NCBI GenBank assembly: GCA_048571215.1
Contig: CP182352.1
Span: 288,001 to 352,000 of the forward strand
DNA length: 64,000 nucleotides
Source of the DNA: Halarcobacter sp.
GTDB lineage: Bacteria > Campylobacterota > Campylobacteria > Campylobacterales > Arcobacteraceae
Direction of reading: 5' to 3'
Made by a program: the position numbers and the translations under genes. Under the pieces are notes generated by a model. The model ran no database searches. It was not told the origin of the DNA and saw nothing but the letters and a program-made list of their open reading frames with translations. Below, one piece after another: positions 28,392 through 37,937 of the stretch (positions are counted from its first letter, which is position 1; each line of letters begins with the position of its first letter).

Positions 28392-29533
28392 ATATGCTCT
28401 CTTTTTTAGGTGAAACACCTACTATTGCTCTAAGAAAAGCACAAGAAGAGTGTGGTGAAGAAGCAATAGTTATATCAACAAAAAAAATTTCAAGTGAAGC
28501 TGACGGCAAAAAAAACATGTATGAAGTTATTGTTGCCCTTGAAGATGATGAAAAACAGGTAAAATATGCTAAAAAAGTTGTTTCTCAAGCGGAAGATCAT
28601 AAGCCAAAAGTGGAAGCCAAGTTTTATGATTTTAGAGAAGAGATTCTTAAAATGCAAGATGCAATTATGCAGGTACAAAAGACACTTTGGGATCCAAAAA
28701 GTCAACTTTATGATTTAACTATACCACCTGAGTTTGTAGATATTTATAATCTTTTTGAAGATAATGAGTTTGATCAAGAGATGACTTATACCATTATGAA
28801 AAAGACCATAAAACAGCTGCCTGTTGCACTTAAAGCTAATCCAAAAAAAGTGAACAATTTTTTTAAATTGGTACTTAGAAGAATTATCCCTATTAAGCAA
28901 GAGATACCCTTAAGAAAACACCAAAGAAAGATTATTATGATGGTTGGACCAACAGGGGTTGGTAAAACAACAACTATTGCAAAATTAGCTGCAAGATATG
29001 CCTATAAGTTAGGACAAAACTATAAGGTGGGAATTGTTACTTTAGATTCTTTTAGAGTGGGTGCTATAGAGCAACTTCAAGCATATACAAATATTATGAG
29101 ATTGCCACTAGAAGTTGCAAAAAAACCTGAAGATTTAGTTGAAGCCTTATTGCGATTGAAAGATTGCAATTATATTTTTATAGATACAGCAGGTTCTAGT
29201 CAATATGATGTAGATAAAATTGAGATGATTAATGAGTATCAAGAAAGAGTAAGTGAATTACCTATTGAAAAAGTTTTAGTACTGCCAGCTAATGTAAAAC
29301 ATAGTGATTTAATTGAAATCTATGCAAACTATTCTAGGTTGAGTATCGACTTCTTAACCTTTACTAAGCTTGATGAGACAAAGAGCTTTGGAAACCTTAT
29401 ATCTTTTGCCCATAAAACAAAAAAATCTATTACTTACTTTTCTATTGGTCAAAATGTACCTGATGATTTAATTGTATCTGACTCCTCTTTTTTAATTGAT
29501 TGTTTTATGAATAATGCTTGTACTAGGAATTAA
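28388..29533 (+). CDS. flhF: Flagellar biosynthesis SRP-type GTPase FlhF
   Basis: GPTGVGKTTTIAKLAA, DSFRVGAIEQL, DTAG, TKLDET and GQNVPDD motifs. Confidence 0.97.
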   Translation: MNMLSFLGETPTIALRKAQEECGEEAIVISTKKISSEADGKKNMYEVIVALEDDEKQVKYAKKVVSQAEDHKPKVEAKFYDFREEILKMQDAIMQVQKTLWDPKSQLYDLTIPPEFVDIYNLFEDNEFDQEMTYTIMKKTIKQLPVALKANPKKVNNFFKLVLRRIIPIKQEIPLRKHQRKIIMMVGPTGVGKTTTIAKLAARYAYKLGQNYKVGIVTLDSFRVGAIEQLQAYTNIMRLPLEVAKKPEDLVEALLRLKDCNYIFIDTAGSSQYDVDKIEMINEYQERVSELPIEKVLVLPANVKHSDLIEIYANYSRLSIDFLTFTKLDETKSFGNLISFAHKTKKSITYFSIGQNVPDDLIVSDSSFLIDCFMNNACTRN

Positions 29534-29535
29534 TT

Positions 29536-30351
29536 ATGTTTAATAATATCTCTATGCAAGCTTCAAAACTAATAAATCTTACAAAAAAAAACTCTAAAAA
29601 ATCTAAAACTAAAATTGTTACAATTACATCTGGAAAAGGTGGTGTTGGAAAATCAACATTTACAGCAAATATTGCTTATTTATTAGCAAAAAGAGGCTTT
29701 AAAATAGCTATAGTTGATGCAGATATAGGCTTAGCAAATATGCAAGTTTTATTTGATGTAAGACCCAAATTAACGTTATTTGACTATGTTGAAGGCAGAA
29801 GTACTATTACAGAAGTTATTACCCAAACTGCATTTGATAATATTTCACTTATTGCAGGGAAAAGTGGATATCAATATGTAAATATAAAGAACTCATTAGT
29901 CTTAACAAGAGTAATAGATGATTTAAAAAGTATGAATAAATATGATATTATTTTAATAGATACAGGTGCTGGATTAAATGAATATGTACAAGAGTTTTTA
30001 TCTGTTTCAAATAATGTTTTAGCACTAACAACTACTGATCCTTCAGCATTAACTGATGTATATGCATTGATAAAAATGTTATCTTTAAATAAAGAAAGAC
30101 TTTTAATTTGTTTTAACCATACAAAAAATTATCAAATTGGAGAGACAATTTCTAATTCTTTAGTAAATTTAGCTAAAAAAAATAGATTAAATCCAAATTT
30201 TATGGTAAAATATATAGGTAACGTTTCCACATCATCTAATATTTCTACCACATCTAGGTTAAGAAAACTCTTTGCGCATGAGTTTGAAGATGATGATATT
30301 ACAAGACAATTACATAAGGTTATAGACTCGTTACTAATAGACATCAAATAA
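29536..30351 (+). CDS. flhG: MinD-like flagellar number regulator FlhG
   Basis: SGKGGVGKS, DADIGLAN and DTGAG motifs; follows flhF. Confidence 0.93.
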   Translation: MFNNISMQASKLINLTKKNSKKSKTKIVTITSGKGGVGKSTFTANIAYLLAKRGFKIAIVDADIGLANMQVLFDVRPKLTLFDYVEGRSTITEVITQTAFDNISLIAGKSGYQYVNIKNSLVLTRVIDDLKSMNKYDIILIDTGAGLNEYVQEFLSVSNNVLALTTTDPSALTDVYALIKMLSLNKERLLICFNHTKNYQIGETISNSLVNLAKKNRLNPNFMVKYIGNVSTSSNISTTSRLRKLFAHEFEDDDITRQLHKVIDSLLIDIK

Positions 30352-30407
30352 GGTTTACCTGTGGTTCAAGTAGCATTTAAAAGTTTTTTTTCTAACATTG
30401 GAATGTA

Positions 30408-30731
30408 ATGGTAGTAGAAAAGTTTTCACAAAGTGTAATTAATAGTGGAATATTCAGGCTGTACATCGCTACAGGTTTTTTCGCCACACTAATTTTCTTT
30501 GTTATAAATGCTGATTTATATACTCCAATTGAGATGATATTTGGAATTATAGGTGTAACAGTTATTTTAAAAGGGGTATCTAATATGATGCTTTCCCTTA
30601 TAATTTTATTATTTAGTTTAGATAATAAGAAAAAAGAATTAGATTTTAAATATAATGAAGATAAGATTGATGCAATGCTAGCTGAATTAGGTGTGCAAGA
30701 GGCACAAAACATTAACAATCAGCCAAATTAA
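30408..30731 (+). CDS. Small membrane hypothetical protein in the flagellar operon
   Basis: 107 aa with two or three hydrophobic segments, co-oriented between flhG and fliE. Confidence 0.65.
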   Translation: MVVEKFSQSVINSGIFRLYIATGFFATLIFFVINADLYTPIEMIFGIIGVTVILKGVSNMMLSLIILLFSLDNKKKELDFKYNEDKIDAMLAELGVQEAQNINNQPN

Positions 30732-30741
30732 GGAATTTTAG

Positions 30742-31035
30742 ATGAATATATCTGCAATAAATAACTCATTAAGTCCAATAATTAATAAAGAAAATCAAAC
30801 AAAAAAAACTGATGATAGCTCTTTTGAAGAGATCTTAAAGGGTGCTATAACAGACGTAAACAAAACTCAAGTTGAAGGGTACAAAGCTATGGAAGGTATT
30901 GCAACTGGTGAAGTTAAAAATCTTCAAGAAGCTGTTCAAAAAATTGAAGAAGCTGAGTTATCTTTAAAATTAGCATTAGAAGTTAAAAACAAAGCTCTTG
31001 GTGCATATAAAGAGATAATGAGAATGAGCGTATAA
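30742..31035 (+). CDS. fliE: Hook-basal body protein FliE
   Basis: SFEEILK.AI.DVN and AELSLKLALEVKNKALGAYKEIMRM motifs. Confidence 0.95.
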   Translation: MNISAINNSLSPIINKENQTKKTDDSSFEEILKGAITDVNKTQVEGYKAMEGIATGEVKNLQEAVQKIEEAELSLKLALEVKNKALGAYKEIMRMSV

Positions 31036-31046
31036 GGAGATAAATC

Positions 31047-31505
31047 ATGGGTTTTTTTGATGGATACGATATTGCAACTTCAGGTATGAGTGCACAAAGA
31101 ACTAGGATAAATGTTGTAAGTGCGAATATAGCTAATGCCAAAACAACACATACCCAAGAGGGTGGACCTTATAAAAAACAAAATGTGGTATTTGAAGAAA
31201 TTTTGATGAAAGAGAACAATAAAACAAACTCAAATAATACAAATCAAGAAGAACAAAAAGTTCAAAATACTTTAAGAGGGGTTGGAGTAAAATCTATTGT
31301 AGAAGATGATTCTAATCCTGTAATGAGATATGAACCATCACATCCAGATGCAAACGAAGATGGTTATGTTGCATATCCTAATATCAATCCAGTTATTGAG
31401 ATGGTTGATTTAATTGAGGCGATGCGTTCTTATGAAGCTAATGTTGCAACTTTCAATACTCATAAAAATATTGATTCAAAAACATTAGAGATTTTAAAAG
31501 CATAG
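31047..31505 (+). CDS. flgC: Flagellar rod protein FlgC
   Basis: SGMSAQRTRINVVSANIANA, GGPYKK and YEPSHPDA..DGYVAYPNIN motifs. Confidence 0.97.
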   Translation: MGFFDGYDIATSGMSAQRTRINVVSANIANAKTTHTQEGGPYKKQNVVFEEILMKENNKTNSNNTNQEEQKVQNTLRGVGVKSIVEDDSNPVMRYEPSHPDANEDGYVAYPNINPVIEMVDLIEAMRSYEANVATFNTHKNIDSKTLEILKA

Positions 31506-31508
31506 ATT

Positions 31509-34124
31509 ATGACAAAAGAGATTGATTTATTTTCAGCAAACAAAAGTGAAACAACTAATAAAGCAAGTGGTCCAAAATCACCTACTTCGTCGAAAAAAGA
31601 GGGAATGTCACTATTCGATTCAATATTAAGCTCTTCAAAAAAAGAGATTTCTGAAAATAAAGAACAAATAGGTAAAGACACTCAGAAAAATCTTTCTTCT
31701 AAAACAGAAGATACTAAGAGTAATAAAAATTCAAAAAATATTAAAACTACTATATCAAAAGAGAGTAATAAAAATAGTGAAACTCCTGATTTAGAAGTTA
31801 AAAAAAGTTCATCTAATTCCCTTTTAGATAGAATGATTTTAGAAGCTAAAAATGATATAAAACATAGTGAAAAAGCCAAAACTACTACACAAACAACAAA
31901 AAATCAAAATAAAATAGAAAACTCAGAAGAGATAAAAGAATCTGTAGTAGATGCAAAAAACAAATCAACAAAAAATGATAAACAAACTACAAAATTAGAA
32001 GAAACAAAAAAGACTTTAGAAAGTACAGAAGATAAAAAAACAAAAGAACCAATAAAAAATGATGTACAAGTAATAAAAACAGAAGATGAAAAAGATAATA
32101 AAAAAAATATAGAAAATAAAAAAGAAGAGACTAAAACAACAAAAGAACCTACAAAAGAAACAATAAAAAATGATGTACAAATAATAAAAACAGAAGATGG
32201 AAAAGATAATAAAAAAAATATAGAAAATAAAAAAGAAGAGATTAAAACAACAAAAGAAACAATAAAGAATGATACAGAAGTAAAAATAGAAGATAAAAAA
32301 GATAATGCAGTAAAAAAAGAAGAGACTAAAACAACAAAAGAACCAATAAAAAATGATGTACAAGTAATAAAAACAGAAGATGAAAAAGATAATAAAAAAA
32401 ATATAGAAAATAAAAAAGAAGAGACTAAAACAACAAAAGAACCAATAAAGAATGATACAGAAATAAAAACAGAAGATGTAAAAGATAATGCAGTAAAAAA
32501 AGAAGAGACTAAAACAACAAAAGAACCAATAAAGAATCATACAGAAATAAAAACAGAAGATGTAAAAGATAATGCAGTAAAAAAAGAAGAGAATAAAACA
32601 ACAAAAGAACCTACTAAAGAACCAATAAAAAATGATACAGAAGTAAAAACAGAAGATGTAAAAGATAATGTAGTAAAAAAAGAAGAGAATAAAACAACAA
32701 AAAATAATAATCAAAAGCTTGCATCAGAAGATACAGATGAAACTGCTATTATTACAGCAGATGAGACAGTTAATGAGATTAATATAGAAAAAAGTAAAGA
32801 AAATAAAAAAGTACAAACTGTTAAAACAGCTAATATAGAAAAAGAAGTAAATCAAAATGAGCTTAGTCTTGATAATCATATTCAAGAAAAAAGTGAAAAT
32901 AGTAAAATTTATGATAAAAAAATAGTAGATAAAAAAGTAGAAAAACAAACTGAAGAGACAAAACCTGCTTTAGTCAAAGATAGTAAGAATCAAGCTGAGA
33001 CAACACAAGCTTCAAAAGTTATAGATGAAAATCAAAAAAGTAATAAAACTAATGAAGTAAAAAATGAAAAAGTTGCACAAGAGTTATCAAAATTGAATCA
33101 AGAATCTAAAGAAGTAGATGTAGATATTGATACAACAAAAGAATCTAAAGATAATGGTAAATCATTGATGGATAAGCTTTTAGATAATGCTAAAAAAGAG
33201 ACAAATCCTTCAAAAAATATAAATCAAACTGTTGATAAACAAAGTAATGAAAGTCCTGATGATGTATTGACAAATATATATTTAAGCTCTAGAAAAAATT
33301 CACTTTATAATCAGATGTTAGCTAAAAAAAATGAAGGTTTAAAAGTTTTAAAAGATGCACAATCTGTTTCAGATATAAAAAAGGCATCAGAGATACTAGA
33401 ATTAAATGCAAAAGAGATTTCTGTAAATAATGAAAATAAAGCAATTGACAAGAATTTGTTTGATAAAAAATCTGAAAAAGAATCTATAATTGAGAGGTTT
33501 AATTTTATTAAACAAACTCAAAGAGAGAGTATTGAAAAAGCTAAAGGTAGTGGAAGTGGAATATCTAAGGCTACAAGTGTATACTCTTCTTCAAACTCAA
33601 ATTCAAATGCAACTACTTCACATGATACTAATACTCCAGTTGTTAATCTACAGGTTCCACAAAACTTAGCCCTATCGATTCAAAATAAAATCATTGGTGC
33701 GAAACAACAAATGTCTGCAATGATGTCAGATATGGCAAAAACAATGTATGAAAACTATAAACCTCCAGTTACTGCTTTTAGAATTAATTTAATGCCTGCT
33801 AATTTAGGTTCTATTGCAATTTTAATGAAAAGTAATGAAAAGGATAATTCTTTAAATATTAGTATGAATCTATCAAATTCAAAAACTTTAGATAGTTTTG
33901 TTGAAGGTGAATCAAGTTTAAAAGATGCTCTTAATAGAACTTTTAATGGAAGTCAAACTTCTTTTAACCTTGAGTTTAATATGGATGAAAATTCGTCAAA
34001 TCAATCGGACACATCAACTGAAAATCAACAAAATAGTTCAAAAGAGGCTTCACACTCTTCACAAGATATTTTAAAATCAGTAGAAGATAATAAAAATGTT
34101 GGTGAAGATATAAATTATCTATAA
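31509..34124 (+). CDS. fliK: Flagellar hook-length control protein FliK (871 aa)
   Basis: Long low-complexity N-region; C-terminal T3S4-like domain YKPPVTAFRINLMPANLGSIAILM; flagellar context. Confidence 0.85.
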   Translation: MTKEIDLFSANKSETTNKASGPKSPTSSKKEGMSLFDSILSSSKKEISENKEQIGKDTQKNLSSKTEDTKSNKNSKNIKTTISKESNKNSETPDLEVKKSSSNSLLDRMILEAKNDIKHSEKAKTTTQTTKNQNKIENSEEIKESVVDAKNKSTKNDKQTTKLEETKKTLESTEDKKTKEPIKNDVQVIKTEDEKDNKKNIENKKEETKTTKEPTKETIKNDVQIIKTEDGKDNKKNIENKKEEIKTTKETIKNDTEVKIEDKKDNAVKKEETKTTKEPIKNDVQVIKTEDEKDNKKNIENKKEETKTTKEPIKNDTEIKTEDVKDNAVKKEETKTTKEPIKNHTEIKTEDVKDNAVKKEENKTTKEPTKEPIKNDTEVKTEDVKDNVVKKEENKTTKNNNQKLASEDTDETAIITADETVNEINIEKSKENKKVQTVKTANIEKEVNQNELSLDNHIQEKSENSKIYDKKIVDKKVEKQTEETKPALVKDSKNQAETTQASKVIDENQKSNKTNEVKNEKVAQELSKLNQESKEVDVDIDTTKESKDNGKSLMDKLLDNAKKETNPSKNINQTVDKQSNESPDDVLTNIYLSSRKNSLYNQMLAKKNEGLKVLKDAQSVSDIKKASEILELNAKEISVNNENKAIDKNLFDKKSEKESIIERFNFIKQTQRESIEKAKGSGSGISKATSVYSSSNSNSNATTSHDTNTPVVNLQVPQNLALSIQNKIIGAKQQMSAMMSDMAKTMYENYKPPVTAFRINLMPANLGSIAILMKSNEKDNSLNISMNLSNSKTLDSFVEGESSLKDALNRTFNGSQTSFNLEFNMDENSSNQSDTSTENQQNSSKEASHSSQDILKSVEDNKNVGEDINYL
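32040..32696 (+). repeat. In-frame tandem repeat array in fliK: seven units of 99 bp (A) or 84 bp (B), order A-A-B-A-B-B-B, plus two 12-bp TKEP duplications
   Basis: A = TKEPIKNDVQVIKTEDEKDNKKNIENKKEETKT (33 aa); B = TKEPIKNDTEIKTEDVKDNAVKKEETKT (28 aa); units near-identical at DNA level. Confidence 0.95.
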
Positions 34125-34127
34125 TTA

Positions 34128-34877
34128 ATGCAAGAATTAATATCATTATTAAATGAAGAGGTTGTTTATACCTTTTTATTACTTTTTGCTAGAATATTAG
34201 CATTTGTTGCTTTTATGCCAATTTTTGGTAATCCAGCTGTTTCTACAAATATAAGAATGGCTTTGGCTTTTTTTATTACAATATTTATTTTTCCTTTAAT
34301 CTCAATAGATACAATATTTAGCAAAGATGAGTTTATACTCGCTTTAATTTCTGAAGCTACTTTAGGACTAATTGCATCATTATTTTTTAATTTTGTACTC
34401 TCTTCTGTTAAAATAATAGGTGATTTAACTGGGTATTTTACTGCATTATCAATGGGAACTATGTTTGACCCTGCAACTGGAGCTAATGAAGGATTTATTA
34501 CCTCACTTCTTCACTGGATTGCATTAATGTTATTTTTTGAAACAGGAATGTATGAGATGACAGTTGTTATGTTGGTAAAAAGTTTTTCAATGGTACACTT
34601 GGGAAGTTTTGATTTATTTTCATATAATGGGATTGATATTCTAATAAAAGAGGTAAAACGGATGTTTGCTTTTGCTTTTTCTATAGCCTTGCCTTTGGGA
34701 TTTATTGGTTTTATTATAGATATATATTATGGATATGGTACAAAATCTATGCCAGCTTTTTCACCATTTGTAATCACTTTTCAGTTAAAATTTGGTTTAA
34801 TATTTTTATTTTTAATTTTAGGTATGGAAGTTTTTGCAGAAAACTTTACAGAGTATATGATCTCAACATTTAAATAG
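34128..34877 (+). CDS. fliR: Flagellar export gate protein FliR
   Basis: FARILAFVAFMPIFG, SEATLG, MGTMFDP and KSMP motifs; hydrophobic; precedes flhB. Confidence 0.92.
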   Translation: MQELISLLNEEVVYTFLLLFARILAFVAFMPIFGNPAVSTNIRMALAFFITIFIFPLISIDTIFSKDEFILALISEATLGLIASLFFNFVLSSVKIIGDLTGYFTALSMGTMFDPATGANEGFITSLLHWIALMLFFETGMYEMTVVMLVKSFSMVHLGSFDLFSYNGIDILIKEVKRMFAFAFSIALPLGFIGFIIDIYYGYGTKSMPAFSPFVITFQLKFGLIFLFLILGMEVFAENFTEYMISTFK

Positions 34878-34886
34878 GATACTATT

Positions 34887-35936
34887 TTGGCTGATGAAGA
34901 AGAAAAAACCGAAGAACCCACCGACAAGAAACTTGAGGATGCTAGAGAAAAAGGTAATGTCCCTAAATCAATGGAGGTTACTGGGGCAGCAATTTTAGTT
35001 TTTGGTTCAATATATTTACTTTTTTTTTCAGGTTCTTTTTTAGACGATATAAAAAAAATGATGCTTTATTCTTTTGCTTTTATAGGTGAAGAGGTAAACT
35101 CTAGGGTTTTATATAGTGTAAGTTATACACTACTTATTACAACACTTAAAGCATTAGCTCCAATCTTTATACTTGTATTACTTTTAGTATTTATTGCAAA
35201 TTTTGCTCAATTTGGTTTTCTTTTAACACCTATGAAATTTGATTTGCAAAAACTTGACCCCATAAAAGGTATAAAGGGTTTATTTGGATTAAAAAAACTT
35301 TTAGAAGCAGTAAAACTTATGCTTAAATTAACTATTATTGTTGTTGTAATGTTTATTACCTTAATGTCTACATACAAATTATTTTTAGCTATGATGGACA
35401 AGGAATTAAAGTATGTAATAGGTGATATGTCAAATATTGCATCTTATTTTTTGGCAGCAATTTTACTAATTATTGTTATTTTCGCTATAATAGATTATTT
35501 TTTTACAAAACATTATTATACAAAGTCTCTAAAAATGAGTAAGCAAGAGATTAAAGATGAGTTTAAAAACATGGAAGGGGATCCAAGGATTAAGGGTAGA
35601 ATTCGTAAAATCCAAATGGAGATGCATATGCAACGAATGATGGCTAATGTACCCGATGCAGATGTTGTTATAACAAATCCAACTCATTATGCTGTGGCAA
35701 TGAAGTATGATAGTAATTTAAATAGTGCTCCAAAAATTGTGGCAAAGGGTATTGATTTTTTAGCTCTTCGGATAAAAGATTTAGCTAGAGAAAATGATAT
35801 ACCAATTATTGAAAATCCTGCATTAGCAAGATCATTATATACTCAATTAGAAGTTGAACAAGAGATTCCAAGTGAGTTTTATAAAGCTATTGCAGAGATT
35901 TTTTCATATGTATTCGAACTTAAAAAGAAGAGGTAA
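34887..35936 (+). CDS. flhB: Flagellar export switch protein FlhB
   Basis: EKTEEPT.KKL..AREKGNV, KMSKQEIKDEFK..EGDP and the NPTH autocleavage site. Confidence 0.97.
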   Translation: MADEEEKTEEPTDKKLEDAREKGNVPKSMEVTGAAILVFGSIYLLFFSGSFLDDIKKMMLYSFAFIGEEVNSRVLYSVSYTLLITTLKALAPIFILVLLLVFIANFAQFGFLLTPMKFDLQKLDPIKGIKGLFGLKKLLEAVKLMLKLTIIVVVMFITLMSTYKLFLAMMDKELKYVIGDMSNIASYFLAAILLIIVIFAIIDYFFTKHYYTKSLKMSKQEIKDEFKNMEGDPRIKGRIRKIQMEMHMQRMMANVPDADVVITNPTHYAVAMKYDSNLNSAPKIVAKGIDFLALRIKDLARENDIPIIENPALARSLYTQLEVEQEIPSEFYKAIAEIFSYVFELKKKR

Positions 35937-35940
35937 TTTT

Positions 35941-37935
35941 TTGAAATATTTATTAGTTTTTATTTTGTCATTCTCTTTTGCTTTTGGAAAAAAAGATTTT
36001 TTTTATGGATTTGTAGATTCAACAGGGGTTCAAATCTCCCAAAAAAAGATACAAGAGATATCAGAAGGATTTGATAATATTAAAAATATAAGACAAATGG
36101 CAAGAGATGGTAAAATAGATGAGGCTTATGCACAAATAAAAGCTTTTAAAGAGTTAAACAAAGTCTCTTTACTCAAAACAGATATTATAATTTTATATTC
36201 AGAGTTAGCATTAAAAAAAGGTAAAAAAAGAATTATTCTAGAGGCAACAAAAGAGTTAGAAGATGCTATAAATGATTCTGTAATTTATGAAGATGATTTA
36301 GCAAGAGCATATATGGTTTTAGTTGAATTAAAACTAAATACAAATAAGGCAAAAGATGCTAAATATTTTGCAAATATAATTATAAATAATTTTGATAGTA
36401 ATGTAACAAAAGCCTATGGTAGTATATATTTAGCCAAGGTTTATAAACATCAAAAGGATTATTCAAGAGCTACTAGGATATTGTATGAGGTACTAACAAA
36501 AACAACTGATGTTTTAGTTGCAACCTTAGTTGCAGATGAACTTTTTGATGTATATATCTTAGATGACAAAAGAGCAGAAGCATATGAGCTTATTAGTAAA
36601 GTATTGAAAAAAAATATTGATTATTATGCTAGTGATTCCTATTTGGCTTTACAAAAAGTAGATAGATTAATAAAAGCCAATATGCCTGAGTTTGCAATAG
36701 AGATATTAAAAGAACTTTTATCTAGAACAAATAAGCCTGATTCTATTGAAGATTTTAAATATAAGTTAGCAAATACTTATATGCTGATGTATGATGGTAC
36801 AGATAAGTATTTAAATAAAGCTAAAGAGTTATATAAAGATATTTTAAATGATTACCCAAATGGAATATATTTTGAAAAGTCAAAAGTATTTTTAGATGAA
36901 ATTTTAATGAGAGAAGGTGTTCTTAAAACTACGGTTTTAGCTTCAAAATATAAAAACTCAGAATCTATGCAACAAAAGGTTTTATTACAAGAGTTATTAA
37001 ATCTAAAAAAAGAAGGTAAATATGAGTTTATATTAAAATCAAAAAGAGTTTATAAAAAAATATCTAACTCAATTGCCCAAAGATTTGGATATGATTCAGT
37101 AGAAAAAATCTTTGATGAGGTAAATATTGATTTGATAAATAAATATTTAAATTCAGGAAAATGTTTTTTATTGAATGATGTTTTAAAAACTTCAAGAAAT
37201 GAAACCTTAGAGTTATTGGTGAAAGATGAAAAAACAAAAGATAAATTTTTTGAGTGTTTAATAGAAGTACCTTACAAAAAAGCTTATTTACTTTTAAAAG
37301 ATACCTTTAATGAGAGTCGTAATGCAAATATCTATTTATATTTAGAGAGAATGGCATATGCACTAAAAGATTATAATGAAGCTTTAGAATACTCTGCAAA
37401 AGTAGATATGGTTGATAATAAAGAGGTTTTGAAAAAAGAGTTTTTAATTAGATTTTTAATTATAAGTGCTAAAGGGGATTCAATTTTATTTGATAAATAT
37501 TTTAATTATGCACATGAAAATCCCCAACTAATTGCAGCAAATGAAGATAATCCTGTGATTATAGATTTCTATTATCAATACTATTTATATTTGATAAAAA
37601 AAGATTTAAAAAAAGAAGCTAATGAAATATTAAAAAAACTTTATGATAAGCAAAAAGAGTTAAAGGTTCATGTATACTCTCCTTTTGTAGAGTTGGAGTT
37701 ATCAAAATTGGAGATTTCAAATAACAACAATCAAAAAGCACTTGATTTATTATTGGATTCTTTAGAGTATTCAAGAAAAATAAAACCAAATGATTTGGCA
37801 AGGATTTACTACGATATCATAAGATTGTATGATGAGTTTAAAAACACTATAAAAAAAGATGAATATATTTTAAAATGCAAAGAGATAAAAGGCACTAAAG
37901 ATAGTTTATATAAAAAAATGTGTGATGAGATGTAA
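35941..37935 (+). CDS. Exported TPR/helical-repeat protein, possible PflA-like motor accessory
   Basis: Likely TTG start at 35941 after a GAGGT RBS, giving signal peptide MKYLLVFILSFSFAFG; TPR-like repeats; lies between flhB and fliI. Confidence 0.55.
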   Translation: MKYLLVFILSFSFAFGKKDFFYGFVDSTGVQISQKKIQEISEGFDNIKNIRQMARDGKIDEAYAQIKAFKELNKVSLLKTDIIILYSELALKKGKKRIILEATKELEDAINDSVIYEDDLARAYMVLVELKLNTNKAKDAKYFANIIINNFDSNVTKAYGSIYLAKVYKHQKDYSRATRILYEVLTKTTDVLVATLVADELFDVYILDDKRAEAYELISKVLKKNIDYYASDSYLALQKVDRLIKANMPEFAIEILKELLSRTNKPDSIEDFKYKLANTYMLMYDGTDKYLNKAKELYKDILNDYPNGIYFEKSKVFLDEILMREGVLKTTVLASKYKNSESMQQKVLLQELLNLKKEGKYEFILKSKRVYKKISNSIAQRFGYDSVEKIFDEVNIDLINKYLNSGKCFLLNDVLKTSRNETLELLVKDEKTKDKFFECLIEVPYKKAYLLLKDTFNESRNANIYLYLERMAYALKDYNEALEYSAKVDMVDNKEVLKKEFLIRFLIISAKGDSILFDKYFNYAHENPQLIAANEDNPVIIDFYYQYYLYLIKKDLKKEANEILKKLYDKQKELKVHVYSPFVELELSKLEISNNNNQKALDLLLDSLEYSRKIKPNDLARIYYDIIRLYDEFKNTIKKDEYILKCKEIKGTKDSLYKKMCDEM

Positions 37936-37937
37936 AG

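Noticed and set aside
32040..32696. Possible CRISPR array
   Set aside because: The units are contiguous, in-frame coding repeats with no unique spacers, and no cas genes are present.
32016..32714. 232-aa minus-strand ORF rich in F/C/I/Y
   Set aside because: It is the antisense shadow of the A-rich fliK repeat array, and its periodicity simply mirrors the repeats.
35854..35940. ORF-track start of the TPR gene overlapping flhB by 83 nt
   Set aside because: TTG at 35941 has an RBS and yields a clean signal peptide, so the longer start is unlikely.
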